A stretch of DNA of 64,000 nt from Cirrosporium novae-zelandiae (taxonomy: Eukaryota), in NCBI GenBank assembly GCA_026023565.1, contig JAPETS010000001.1, positions 1,178,001-1,242,000 of the forward strand, in the 5' to 3' direction. Shown piece by piece: positions 51,047 to 64,000 of the stretch. The translations under genes were made by a program, and so were the position numbers. The notes under the pieces are model-generated. The model ran no database searches, was not told the DNA's origin, and worked only from the letters and a program-made list of their open reading frames with translations. Each line of letters starts with the position of its first letter. Position 1 is the stretch's first letter.

Positions 51047-52800
51047 TGTAAATCTCTGTCGCGAACGCCTTGACTAGAAGTCTCTAGAGAGGGGATATTG
51101 AGAAGTGTAAGGTGAAGGTGGGTTTTAGCCGAGTCAGCTGAGGAGATGCAGAATGCAGTGTCTATACCGTCGAGTATATGCAAGGGAGAACGGAAATCAC
51201 TGGACCAGCACCGGCAATCAGCATAGGAAATTCAATAGAGAGTGCCAGCACCCTCGATTCAGCAAGGACTCACCATCACGATCAACCATGAGCGGCGGAA
51301 AATATGTGCCCAGGAAAATTCATATACAGCAAGGTGGTGAAGGAGAGAAAGAAGGAGGTCGTGGAGAAGGTGGGGAGAGAATCAGAGAACGCAAGGCAGA
51401 TGGTATGTATGAGTGGTACGACGGGATGACAGTCACACCCTTCGTTTGCTGGCGCTGTGTATCGGCAGGCAGCCGTAAATTGGCTGCAGCATTTACTTTC
51501 CTTTGCGCATTGGTAGTGGACCAGAATTGCCAGTCATTTCTTTCCTCAAAACTCCCGACGGAGAGGATTGCGGCGTCCTACGCTCGTATGCCTAGGCTCA
51601 GAAGAAGGTCGATGCAAGGGGGCTGCAGGCTATGGGTTTGGAATGAAGTGCTCTTAGGGCGCTCCCTGGTATGGAATGCCGATGATGGCGGATGGAGGAG
51701 CAAAAGAAATGGGGTAGTTACACAGGCTATAAGTATGAAATCCTAGGAGCCTTGCGACAGGAGTAGAAAGTGAGAGGGAAAAGTATAGGTAAAGTGTTTT
51801 TTGGGGGGGTGTGTGAGAAAAGAATCAAGGAAAGAGGTGTAAGGTATCCTTTTATTATTATTATTTTTTCTTTTCAACCTGAGAGAGTAGAAAGGCTGCG
51901 GTTTTGTTTTCGCTTGGAATTTGGAATGGGTTATGTCACTTGGGGGGGTTATACTGAAGGAGAATTGGGAATTGAGACTTTTGACAGGGTCATTTAACGG
52001 AGCCTTACCTATTTCGCCCTTAAGTCACGGTTAAGGCTTATCGAAATGTATTGTCACCGAGAAACACTATCTACCTAAGGGAAGAGTGCTGGCTAAGCCT
52101 ATTTTTTTCATCCAAGTGACATCTTCGTACCAAAGTTTACCGAGTTTACCCAAATTTACCATTAATGAAAGGGGTGGCAACTTTCACTAAAGCCCCGGGA
52201 ACTGGTCTCTGAACTTTCCGAGGGGGGATGGGGGTTATGTGTCATTTACTACATTTACTAAACTTCTCAATGAACCGCCGCTCGTTTCAAGCCATTCCCC
52301 AGAGCGTTGGTGGCATTTGGGGAAGGAGGGCGTTGGGGCCAGCTCGCTTCAGATACACATCTTTAACAACCATAATAAAACTTAAATATATCAATCTCTC
52401 AAGGGGTCAAACACAATATAATATAAACTTATAATTCATCGAACTGTCCTTTTTTCTATCCCCAATTCAAAATCTTTCAATCCTTTCATTTGAAAAATCC
52501 CGGACCACTCTTTTTTTTCTTTTTCTTTTTTTTACCTTTTTTCCTTTTGATTCCAGGAGAAGTTCATAGATCCTTCATCTTCATATCATCATTTCCACAG
52601 CCTCATCAAAATATAACCGCATTAGCATGGATCAGATCCGAGAGCTCATCGAACCAGATGGCTGGAGCTGGCTGGTCATTGTGGTCTTGAAGTTCCTTGT
52701 ACCTGGTTGTGGAGAAATGACTGGAGCCAGCGGCCATAGCAGCTCAAAGTGTTCTCAGATCTGCTGGAGACAAATCCCGAAGGTTGAAACTTGATTACAG

Positions 52801-52846
52801 TACATACACACACACATACATACATACATACATAAATACACACATT

Positions 52847-52880
<34 letters not shown>
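52801..52880. repeat. Compound (CA)n/(CATA)n microsatellite
   Basis: tacatacacacacacatacatacatacata...cacacacaca read directly. Confidence 0.9.
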
Positions 52881-52883
<3 letters not shown>

Positions 52884-54412
52884 CCAAGGTAATAATGAGA
52901 TAACCTGAGAGCTTTCCACGTCTCACATTTTAATATTTTCTTTATATATCTTTGATTTTTGCTCCTATTATTATTATTGTTGTTGTCATCTTAATAGGAA
53001 TACTATGAGTTCTTTCGACCACAGCTGAGTTGGATAGATAATTCAAGTGAATTTCTTGCCCAGCCCTATCTCTTAGGGCTGACCTTTCTTGGCGGTTTCG
53101 TTATTTGCTCCCCTCTTTTTAAATGGCTCATTGTTAGTTACATGACCCCCCGTCACCACCATCATCTACCATCATCCCGATATTAAAATATCGCCGAGTT
53201 AGGCAAGGTCAGTCATCTACCAATGCAGATCATATTGAATCATATTGGTCAAGCTGAGTGGGTTAGTTGAATCGGATATTCTCTGTGTCCGTGTTGTTCG
53301 TGTTTGCTGAATTAATTCCCTAGGCATCATGTACACCCTCTCTTCCCTAGGGCAAGTGAAGAGAGTGCCTTGGAACTGAACTTGTTTATGCCAACACCGC
53401 CAACTCACTCCTTTTCCTCATCCCCTCTACCCTAAATTTAATTCAGAGTCGAAAATGGTCCAAGCTAGCTGATAGAATAAAGCTGCTATTGATTTCAACT
53501 ATGCCCTCATTCTGTTCTTCATGCCAACCATCGTTACAGACCCAGTTGACAAAGTTTGTTGTTGAAACTGACATCGAGTTGCAAAAAAGCCTGCTATCTA
53601 TCTATCCATCGCCCTGTTCATTCCTCGGACAACCCGAAATCGAATATTGTTTGATTTTACAGTTTAGGTTATCCAGGAGCTCTACAGCACACATTGAATA
53701 ATCGGGCTCTGCTTTTCCAGATGGGCGAATGCAGTTCAGCCATGCTGCACCTTGGAAGCGCAACGTCCCGTCCGAATCTACACCGACTGCCCTCAATGTC
53801 CAATTCTGATGCCAGAATACTGCTTTCCTACTCAACATATCCTCGTATAGAATAGTAGCCTCGAAATATGTCGAGATCGTTTTCTAGAGAATACAATAAA
53901 TAGTGCCCAATACTGCTTGGGTAGACCGCCGTGAATTATCGTAGTCGACACGTCGCATCATTTCTGAGTTGTTAAATCTAAGACAAGGCTATTGGCAGGG
54001 TAATCCAGGCCCAAGAACGGAGACTGAATTCTACTCCAATGTGTAACGAGATATGCTGAGGTCGTCTTCAAGCAAATCAAACAGTCCTTTATGCTCGCCG
54101 TATCAAGAGATAAAATTTACTTCTGTATACGACACTCGCTGCTGTACTATGACTTATGACTTATGACTTCTACTTGTCACAATAACCCCGAGATTGTGAC
54201 CGGCCGGTGTGTTTTTGACAAGTTCTAATAATTTTGAACATGAAATCCATTTCTCTGCATCGTCGCAATACAGCGTAACTATCAAGGCCTTCATACTTCA
54301 GCAGGACCAGTTCATGCTTCATCTGCCTTGAAGTAGAATACAAAGTCCCTAATTTTCACCACTAGCATCCCAGAGTCTAATCCATGAATCACGCCACAAC
54401 CATTCTCATTGT

Positions 54413-55132
54413 TTATGACTCTGTGGTGACTCTAGCCTTAGCATTTGTAACCTTAACACCGAGCGCCTTCGCCTTCGCAATGATCTCAACTCTCTTTCTT
54501 GAAGAAACTGCGTGACCAATCCTTTACCCGAATAATTAGTTTTCTTGTCTTCGTAGGAGTGGTGAAGATGTATCTTACTCGGCAGCATAGATTCTGTTGT
54601 GCATGAGGAGCAGTTCGACATCTCGGGAATTCTGGACGAGGAATGCCTTGTGACCAGAGGGCATCATGTGGCGGGTCCTCTTGTTGGAGCCATAACCAAT
54701 CTAGATTTCATTCCAATTAGTTTCCTGTTGCTCATGTATTTAGGCAAAAATGTTTCCGGTATCTAAAGGGTAGGCTATTTCGGAGTACAGGACTTCGTTA
54801 TAGCATCCTAGTGTTCCAAGTTGTTTCCGAACGAATCGTAGGTGTAGTAATATATACCTTTGGCATGGCAATGTTTCCCTTAAACCGTCTCCGCACTCGA
54901 TTATCAATACCCTTCGGTTTCCTCCATGATTCAGGGACGCATTTGAAGCGATCACTTTGATGGCGGTTGAATTTTGTCGTCTCTATACGGAGAAAAGGTT
55001 AGAAATGCAAGGCGTAGATAGAGGAGGATCAACGTCGTTCGAGCAGCTATAGCTACTCTATCATTTAGATCTGAGCTCGTGGAGGAACTTACTCTTCTTG
55101 ACGATCGGGACGTGGGATTTTGCGGCAACCAT
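54413..55132 (-). CDS. RPL32: 60S ribosomal protein eL32
   Basis: Not in the ORF track. Exons 55132-55093, 54982-54858, 54700-54579 and 54521-54413 give [93 protein letters not shown]. Confidence 0.97.
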
Positions 55133-55334
55133 CTTCAAAGTTCAAATTAGCGATTATTCTTTGGTGCTTGGGATCTTATCTCAAGATCGAGACCAGAGAG
55201 ATGAACGTACTTTGACGGTGTTATGTTGTCGCAATTATTTATCGGGCGCGGGATGCTTCAAATTTCTCGAATTGTCGGCTCGCCGTTCGTTGTGGACACT
55301 AGGCCTTGGCAATGCAGTAAACTAGATATGGTTA

Positions 55335-55379
55335 TAGGGTTTTCATGTCACGTGCTAACTCCGAGTGACGATTAGGTTT
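55335..55379. promoter_or_regulatory. Candidate ribosomal-protein promoter elements: TAGGGTTT (telobox/Tbf1-like) and GTCACGTG (Cbf1-like E-box)
   Basis: TAGGGTTT at 55335-55342, GTCACGTG at 55347-55354 and TTAGGTTT at ~55372, about 200-250 bp upstream of the RPL32 ATG. Confidence 0.5.
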
Positions 55380-55637
55380 CTATCGATACCCTTATAGATA
55401 GAAATCTAGTTCAGCGTGCTCAATTACTGCTAAAGGTGATCTGTTGTCTCATACATGATGGCCTACATTGAAACGTCTAATTTACATGCTGAAAATTCTT
55501 TCGATTTCCCATACAGCAAAGAGAAAAGTCTTGCGATCTATCCCGGCGCCACCACGATGTCCACAGATGTCTGTATAATCGTCAACGTTCCCTAACTCCA
55601 TGTGATGCGATTCTTATTTGGACAATGCACTCGTAGA

Positions 55638-57167
55638 TTATTGTTGAGCACACTGAGGATGCCCTTCCTCCTCCTCATCATCCTCCTCATCCTCCCAGTC
55701 ATCAGATTCCCCAGCAGCAAAATCTTCGGCCTTCGCATCCTCGTATTCTACTTCATCTGCCTCAGTTGTGGTGATAGGGGGGGCTGGCTTTGGTAGGAGC
55801 TCTTGTAGTTGAGATTTAACAGTATCCTCGTTGAAATAGCCGTTCTCTGGGAATTTGACATCGATCTCTAGAAATAGATCCCCTTTCATGTCGCTTTTCT
55901 TGTGGGGCATTCCTTCCCCGGGAATTTTGATGACTTGACCAGGCCGCATTATCTCTCCAGCCTTTTGAGGGTGAGCAAGGTGTATTCCCCTTCCATCAAG
56001 GTGCTTGAGCACCACTCGTGAAAACCCACACAGCGCTTCAGCTAAGGTTATCTCTATCGTTGCTGCAAGATTGGCACCTGCACGCCGGAAGGTTTCATGC
56101 TCTTGTTCAACCAGCTGGAAGACAATATCGCCAGGTTCTTGATCAGGGGCTTGATCGGCTTCACCTTCCAAAACAATCCTTTCTCCTTCTCTATTGATTT
56201 ATGAGTCTTTATGTCTCCTCAAGGTGAACAATAAATCTTACTTTGCGCCTCTCGGAATATAGATTTCCAAAACCTTCTTCTCTTCGGTCACCTGGCTTCC
56301 CTTACATTTCTTACAGCGATCTTTTGAGTTGAAAACCGAACCCGAGCCTTTGCAGCTGCTACACCTGATGGTTTCATGGGCTACCACCAACCCAGGGCCG
56401 ATTTGTCGCAATACCGTAGTTTCCCCTGTAGAAATGATTTGGCTTCGCCATTAGAGAGTATGGGGCGGCTTGCTGACCTTGACCTCTGCAAGTCGCACAT
56501 TGCTTTGGTTTCGCCTTTTCCTTGCCTCCACTGCCTTTGCAATTTGAGCAGATGACATTCTTTGAGCTTGCAAATTTAACTGTTTTTCCTTTATACAGCT
56601 CTTCCAGAGTGACTTCGTACTTTTGTTCCACGCTAGCACCTTTTTTTGGTCGTTTTGACTGCCCTCCAGGTCCCCCAAAGCCCGGCGGCATTGCTCCACC
56701 CATTCCGAACATTGACGCTAGGATATCATCCAAATCCACTTCCCCCCCTGGTCCCATACCGTTTCGCTTACTAGGATCAAAAGCAGCCATGCCTTGGGTA
56801 TCGTAAAGATGTCGTTTATCGTCATCGTAAAGTATTTCGTAAGCCTGACTGACTACCTTAAATTTTATCTCTGCTTCGTCACGCTCTTCTTCCGAGACTT
56901 TGTCTGGATGACTTGAGAGGGCTGCCTAAGAAGAAAGCCAGTGAGAGATTGAAACGCAAGCTGAGGACAGTCCATACCTTGTGGTATGCCTTCTTGATCT
57001 CCGTTTTAGTTGCTCCATGTGAGATACCTAGGATCTCTGGAAAATGGATTAATAAATGTGGGACAGATCAAGATGATGAGATATTACCATAGAGGTCGAT
57101 TTCTTCCTCTTGAGGATTCACTAACTAAATCAGCAATACATCCTAACAGAGAAGATATCGACCAACT
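55638..57167 (-). CDS. Type I DnaJ co-chaperone (Ydj1/Mas5 paralog, Xdj1-like) with CaaX tail
   Basis: J domain IDLYEILGI..IKKAYHKAALSSHPDK, G/F region, CxxCxGxG repeats, C-terminal domain, ends CAQQ. Start codon inferred as A(57167) plus TG(57120-57119) across a 46-nt intron. Confidence 0.92.
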
Positions 57168-57467
57168 CTTTGCAGGCTTTAATTCAATGCGACAAAGGAT
57201 TTAATAACTTGAGCGCCCTTCGATCGGCCAGGCTTGTTTAATTTTTTGTGGACGTTCAGCAGCGGTGATAATGTAAATGGAAAAGATTAAGCTTGATTAC
57301 CCAAGAGGGAACCTTTGCCGAAACTTTAGCTCACAAAAAGATCTTTCCGAGGGCTCGAGTGACAGTTGAAAAGCTTCAAGACTTTTACATGCCTGCAACG
57401 AATCACGCTTCACCTTTTCACAATGCGCTAATAATATCGGAAGTCAGAGAATCTGTGCAATATCTAA

Positions 57468-59605
<2,138 letters not shown>

Positions 59606-60008
59606 ATAAGGTAGTAGTGGGTGTTTCAAGTACCATACAATGTGCGTTGTAGTTTTGATAGGAAGTAGTCCATGTAAGCGGAAGTTTCCAAATGGTTTGA
59701 TCGCTCGCAATACATTCGCGTCTCTTGCTTGGGTGATCAAAGTCAAAGTCTCTTGTATCTAACAAACTGTTATGTCTACGGCATGTTATATCCCTTGCAC
59801 TACAAAAAGTTCCCTGTTTCACACTATTCACAAAGTAGTTGCTAAACCGTTTTATTGCTTATCTATTCTGATATCTCAGAATGTGCTTTGCCTCTCCTAC
59901 CAACCCCTGCGTCGCATCATGAAATCTAGCTTAAACCAGGGTAGCCACCTATATAGGCCCAGCCAACGCCGTAAGTTATGCAATCAAGATCCGTATCAAA
60001 GCATACCG

Positions 60009-61081
60009 TTATGTCTGAGCTTTCCCCGAAGAGACAGCTCCGACCCCACTGAACAGCTTGCTCTTGACCAAGGCAGCCATAAGCCCCGTAGCCTCCTCCT
60101 TAGCAATCTTTTCCCCATCCCGAACTACTTTGTCCAAATGAGGATCATGCAGGGTCTTTTGCCCCACCTGTGGACGACTCCCGGAAATGGCTTTCTCGGC
60201 CTGGCGTATCTTTTGGCTGAGGTCCATCATCTGCTTGGTAGTGTAATCTCGATTGGTCAGCAAGGGACTGCGACTCAAGGTTGAGACCCAATATTTATTC
60301 CAAAGAAGTTCGAGCAAATGGGAATCGAGCGTGCTTCTAAAATGTGAGACCTCGAGGGAGTAGTATGAGTTTGCGTGGGCACCGAATTCTTCGATCTTTG
60401 CCAGTGGAATCGATTGATATTCATCATCTTCACCTCTGGATTTTGGCAGATGATAGTCCTCAGGGAATGTACGAAAGGCACCAATCTCAACCTTTCCCGC
60501 CGAGATGGTGCGTTCTGGGTCTATGACCACAGCGAGAAATGGATCTTGATATTTCTGTTGGTCCTTCTGGGTTCCCACATCAATCCCGCTTAACCAGCAT
60601 CCGTATCCTGGATGGCTGTGATACCACCCTACTGCATTCTCCATCCTTCCAGATTCTCGCGCTTGCTGGAGATAGTTGACCATATACTCATTTGCTTCAT
60701 CCTGGGCATTCACCCTGGTTTCTGTACCTGTAACTGGCAATCTGAAAGCATCGGTAACAATGAAAGTGCCATCAGTTACTTTACCCTGCATCAAGCCCAT
60801 GATCTCAAGGGAGCCTCCTGAGCGAGCATGCATGACCATTTTGAGGAGGGCGATTGCGGAAATGCGGACATGTTTGAAGTAATGGGGATCTTTGGCCCAT
60901 GGCTTTGCCGCATTAAAGGATTTTTGCTCCTCACCATCGAATCCATATAGCGCATCTCGGTGGGGGTTTACGAGTTCCACGGAGTTTTCCAGCTCTGTGT
61001 AAATGTTAGTTAGCAGATGTGATATAAAGAGGGGCAAAGTTGAGATAAAGGCTTACCCCAGCTCTTCAGAGCCGAATTCAT
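60009..61081 (-). CDS. CSN5: COP9 signalosome subunit 5 (JAMM deneddylase)
   Basis: Exon 1 MNSALKSW from ATG 61081, GTAAGC intron, then [34 protein letters not shown] (JAMM), LLWNKYWV. Confidence 0.97.
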
Positions 61082-62302
61082 CTCAAAGAGTGTTTAGAAA
61101 AATCATAGATTGCGTACGGTCAGTATGATAAGGTAGGCCCTGCAGGATATGTGACGTTTTCGGAGAAATCTTGACGAGAAGATGCATCTGACTATGAGAC
61201 TACTAGAAATATTGTGCCTGAGGACACAAATGTGCCATCATCCAGGAGCTTTGACCAGCACTTTATCGGGATCGGAAACGCCTCGCCAATCAACATTTGA
61301 AGGTTTAATACCACAGGAAGTACCACAGTACTGTAATAATAAATTATCTTTAAATTCTATCATGACATACTAGGCTAATACAGTTGACTGCTTTTCTTAT
61401 CGAATTGTTAAATGTATCCTGTGTAACAGCACAAGCCTTGGATAACTGCCGGTATTTTTCCTATGTATACACCGCCCTGTGTATGTAATTATTGTAGCGT
61501 GCAAAATGACATGTAAGGATGTCCGGGAGATCATCTCGCAAAAGGCGGCAAACTAAGAAGTGGCCATCAAATGGTCCGGCTCATACGTCTAAAGTAGTTG
61601 CATTCTCACATTAACGATACCTCGGAAGTTGGGGAGACGTTGAAATAAATCGGTTAATAATTCAAATCAATTTTCAAATAAAAATAGATTTCTATATTTT
61701 TTGATTTTAGGAAGGCTTTTGGATAAAATCAGGTTAAATACCTAGGTACTGTACTTACCTCGGTGTCATGTTTATCTTATCGCCCATAATACAGCAGATA
61801 AGATCAATTTAGGAAAGTAAAGTAGACATCTGGGTAGCCATTCACGCCATTCCAACTTCCAAGCTTGCAACGTCTACCCGATCTGGCAGGTCTTAGCTAA
61901 TTAATTAATAATGGCTGTCACGTCTGTCTATCTTTAGTTTGCTATCCTTCCTGTTGTGATATGCCATCGAATTGAGTTGGGTGTTAACTCGATCTGGTTA
62001 GCTTGCAAACGGGTGTCCCCTGGCAACTGAAGTTAAAATCAACAAACGCATTTTCCCCAAATCCCAAATCTACATATACATAGAAAAGACTTCGATTCCT
62101 TCTCGTATCATCTACTTGAGCATTCTCACCGCTTAACAACTTTTCTCTTTCGTTTACTATCAATTAGTTATTTGCCATTGGATTGACCTTACTGCGCTCT
62201 AACCAATATCTCCTAGACTGGCTGTCCCGACTCCCTAGAGCGTAGACTCGAAATCAATTTTGGCCGGCTGAGCATATTGCTGGGAGTCCAGCTTTTGTCA
62301 CA

Positions 62303-64000
62303 ATGGATACTTCATACCTAACAACACAAATTGGCAATATCATCGACCAGCTTCATGGATTATTTGACGACATTGGAGTTCCTAATCATGAACGAAACAC
62401 ACGAGAAACAGAGGTAGTCCTCTAAATCACGCTTCCAAGATGGGCATAAACTAATGCGACCAACAGTTATATAAAGCTCTATCAGATGCTTTACAGAATC
62501 ACCTACGCCATGTGACATCGTGAGTACTTCTTTTGCCCCTAATGTTTAACAATTGGGCTGACTCTATACAGAGAGAAGAATGATATGATTGAAGAAGTAA
62601 ACAACATTATAAAAACCATAAAACAAATGGCAACATCCCTAAATGACAACAAGAATGGCAAATACGACCTTAACGATGATGAACTAAAAGTTTCATTTCC
62701 TCTAACCCAATGTTTACAATCATTGAAAGAGAAGCACAACAGCATTAGCAGAATACATCGCGAACGATATGAGCAAGTTAAAAGTAGGTGAAGGCTAATT
62801 AGACACCTTTATAATTCTAATCATTTATAGAACTCGTCGAAGCGCTCCAGTCATACTCATCACACCTTGAGCCATCTTTTGTGAAAATCCCACTTCCTCC
62901 TACTTCAACGAATGGCTCTTGCCCCCCAACATTTGACCTCTCACCTTCTTATGTTGAAGCCCTTGACAATGAATTTACGTCTGTCTATGAAGAGTATATG
63001 CGCCGTGTCGACGTGACCAAGAAGGTCGCCGAAGAAATTGTAAAGCTATGGGCCGAACTCGGCACACCACAAGCTCAGACAGATGGCGCAATCGTCAAAA
63101 ATTGGCGCGACACTCCAGAGCAGCTTGGGCTGCATGAGGATGATATTATTAGACTACAAAGTAAAAGAGACAGGCTTTCGGACGAAAAGAAGTCTCGCGA
63201 ACGAAAACTAAAAGACTTGAAGACCACAATTGAAGGCCTCTGGGATCGCCTTGGAGTGGAAGAAAGGGATAGAAAGGCATTCCTCGCTGCCAACCGCGGC
63301 TGTGGTCTTCGCAACTTGAACGAATTTGACCGTGAATTAAACAGACTCAATGAACTCAAGAGACAAAATCTCCACTTGTTTGTGGAAGACGCAAGGTGCA
63401 AATTGCAAGAACTTTGGGATGCTCTGTATTTCTCTGAGGAAGAGATGCTCGACTTCACTCCTGCCTTTTCCGATGTTTGCAGTGACGCTCTCTTGTCCGC
63501 TCATGAAGCTGAAATTGAACGGCTTGAAGCTTTGAAAGAACAACGCACTCCCACGCTCCACCTAATCGACCGCCATCGCTCTATACTCCAGGACAAGGAA
63601 GCATTAGCCGCATCGAGCCAGGATGCCTCTCGCTTGACGGCTCGTGGTGCCAAGGGCGAGAGACGGGATCCAACGCGTCTATTGCGTGAGGAGAAGATGC
63701 GAAAAAGGATTACCAAGGAGCTACCGAAGGTGGAAGCCGAACTGCGGAAGGCTCTAGAACGCTGGGAAGATGAATACGGCAGGCCATTTCTCGTACATGG
63801 AGAAAGATATCTTGATGAATTAACCGCTCCTACTTCCAGGGCCCCTCCTCCAAGGCCCAAGACCGCGGCCGGCCATCGTCCTCCAACTCGAATGGGAACT
63901 ACAACTACAACTACAACAGTGCCAACAAAAACCGGGTCGCCTACGAAACGCCCTGGTCACTCGTCCTCAAACTCTGTACCCTCACGTGCAAACTCTGTGC
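62303..64000 (+). CDS. ASE1: Ase1/PRC1/MAP65 spindle-midzone microtubule bundler (5' part; continues past the window)
   Basis: MDTSYLTTQIGNIIDQLHGLFDDIGVP, three short introns, then LWAELG, LWDRLGV, ELKRQNLHLFVEDARCKLQELWDALYFS, DASRL..RDPTRLLREEKMRKRITKELPK..WEDEYGRPFLVHGE. Confidence 0.93.

Noticed and set aside
51153..51746. 197-aa plus-strand ORF
   Set aside because: Antisense to the PUF3 leader, with biased composition from purine-rich tracts and no family motif.
53460..54100. Coding-looking stretch with ORFs 53602-53838 (-) and 53489-53701 (+)
   Set aside because: No recognisable motif or consistent splice model; could be a decayed gene but cannot be supported.
54701..55092. snoRNAs in RPL32 introns
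   Set aside because: No paired C (RTGATGA) and D (CTGA) boxes or H/ACA layout seen.

Overview
Intron-rich genomic DNA from a filamentous ascomycete (Pezizomycotina-type genes, short GT-AG introns with CTRAY/TTAAC-like branch sites). About 24 protein-coding loci can be supported. Conserved housekeeping blocks: a Git3-type GPCR, PXMP2/Mpv17, a Cys-motif unknown, PEX11-family, CDC48, SUS1/ENY2-like and STE50; then an amino-acid permease, GYP7, a mitochondrial GGQ release-factor-like protein, an SPT small subunit, PUF3, RPL32, an Xdj1/Ydj1-type DnaJ, mitochondrial GluRS, CSN5 and ASE1 (runs off the right end). Between STE50 and the permease is an accessory-looking stretch (~28.8-36.4 kb) with a decayed HeLo-like N-terminal-domain pseudogene, a divergent pyruvate-decarboxylase-like gene and, most notably, a three-exon gene not resolved by the ORF track that encodes a secreted Ser/Thr-rich stalk fused to an 8-cysteine CSab defensin-like domain. 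Other points: a truncated zinc-finger/GBP-like P-loop gene at the left end, a GC-AG intron in CDC48, a DnaJ start codon apparently made only by splicing (A|TG), and FarA/B-type CCTCGG sites at both peroxisomal genes. No rRNA, tRNA, CRISPR or intact transposon could be supported. All exon boundaries were read by eye and family calls come from recalled motifs, not database searches.
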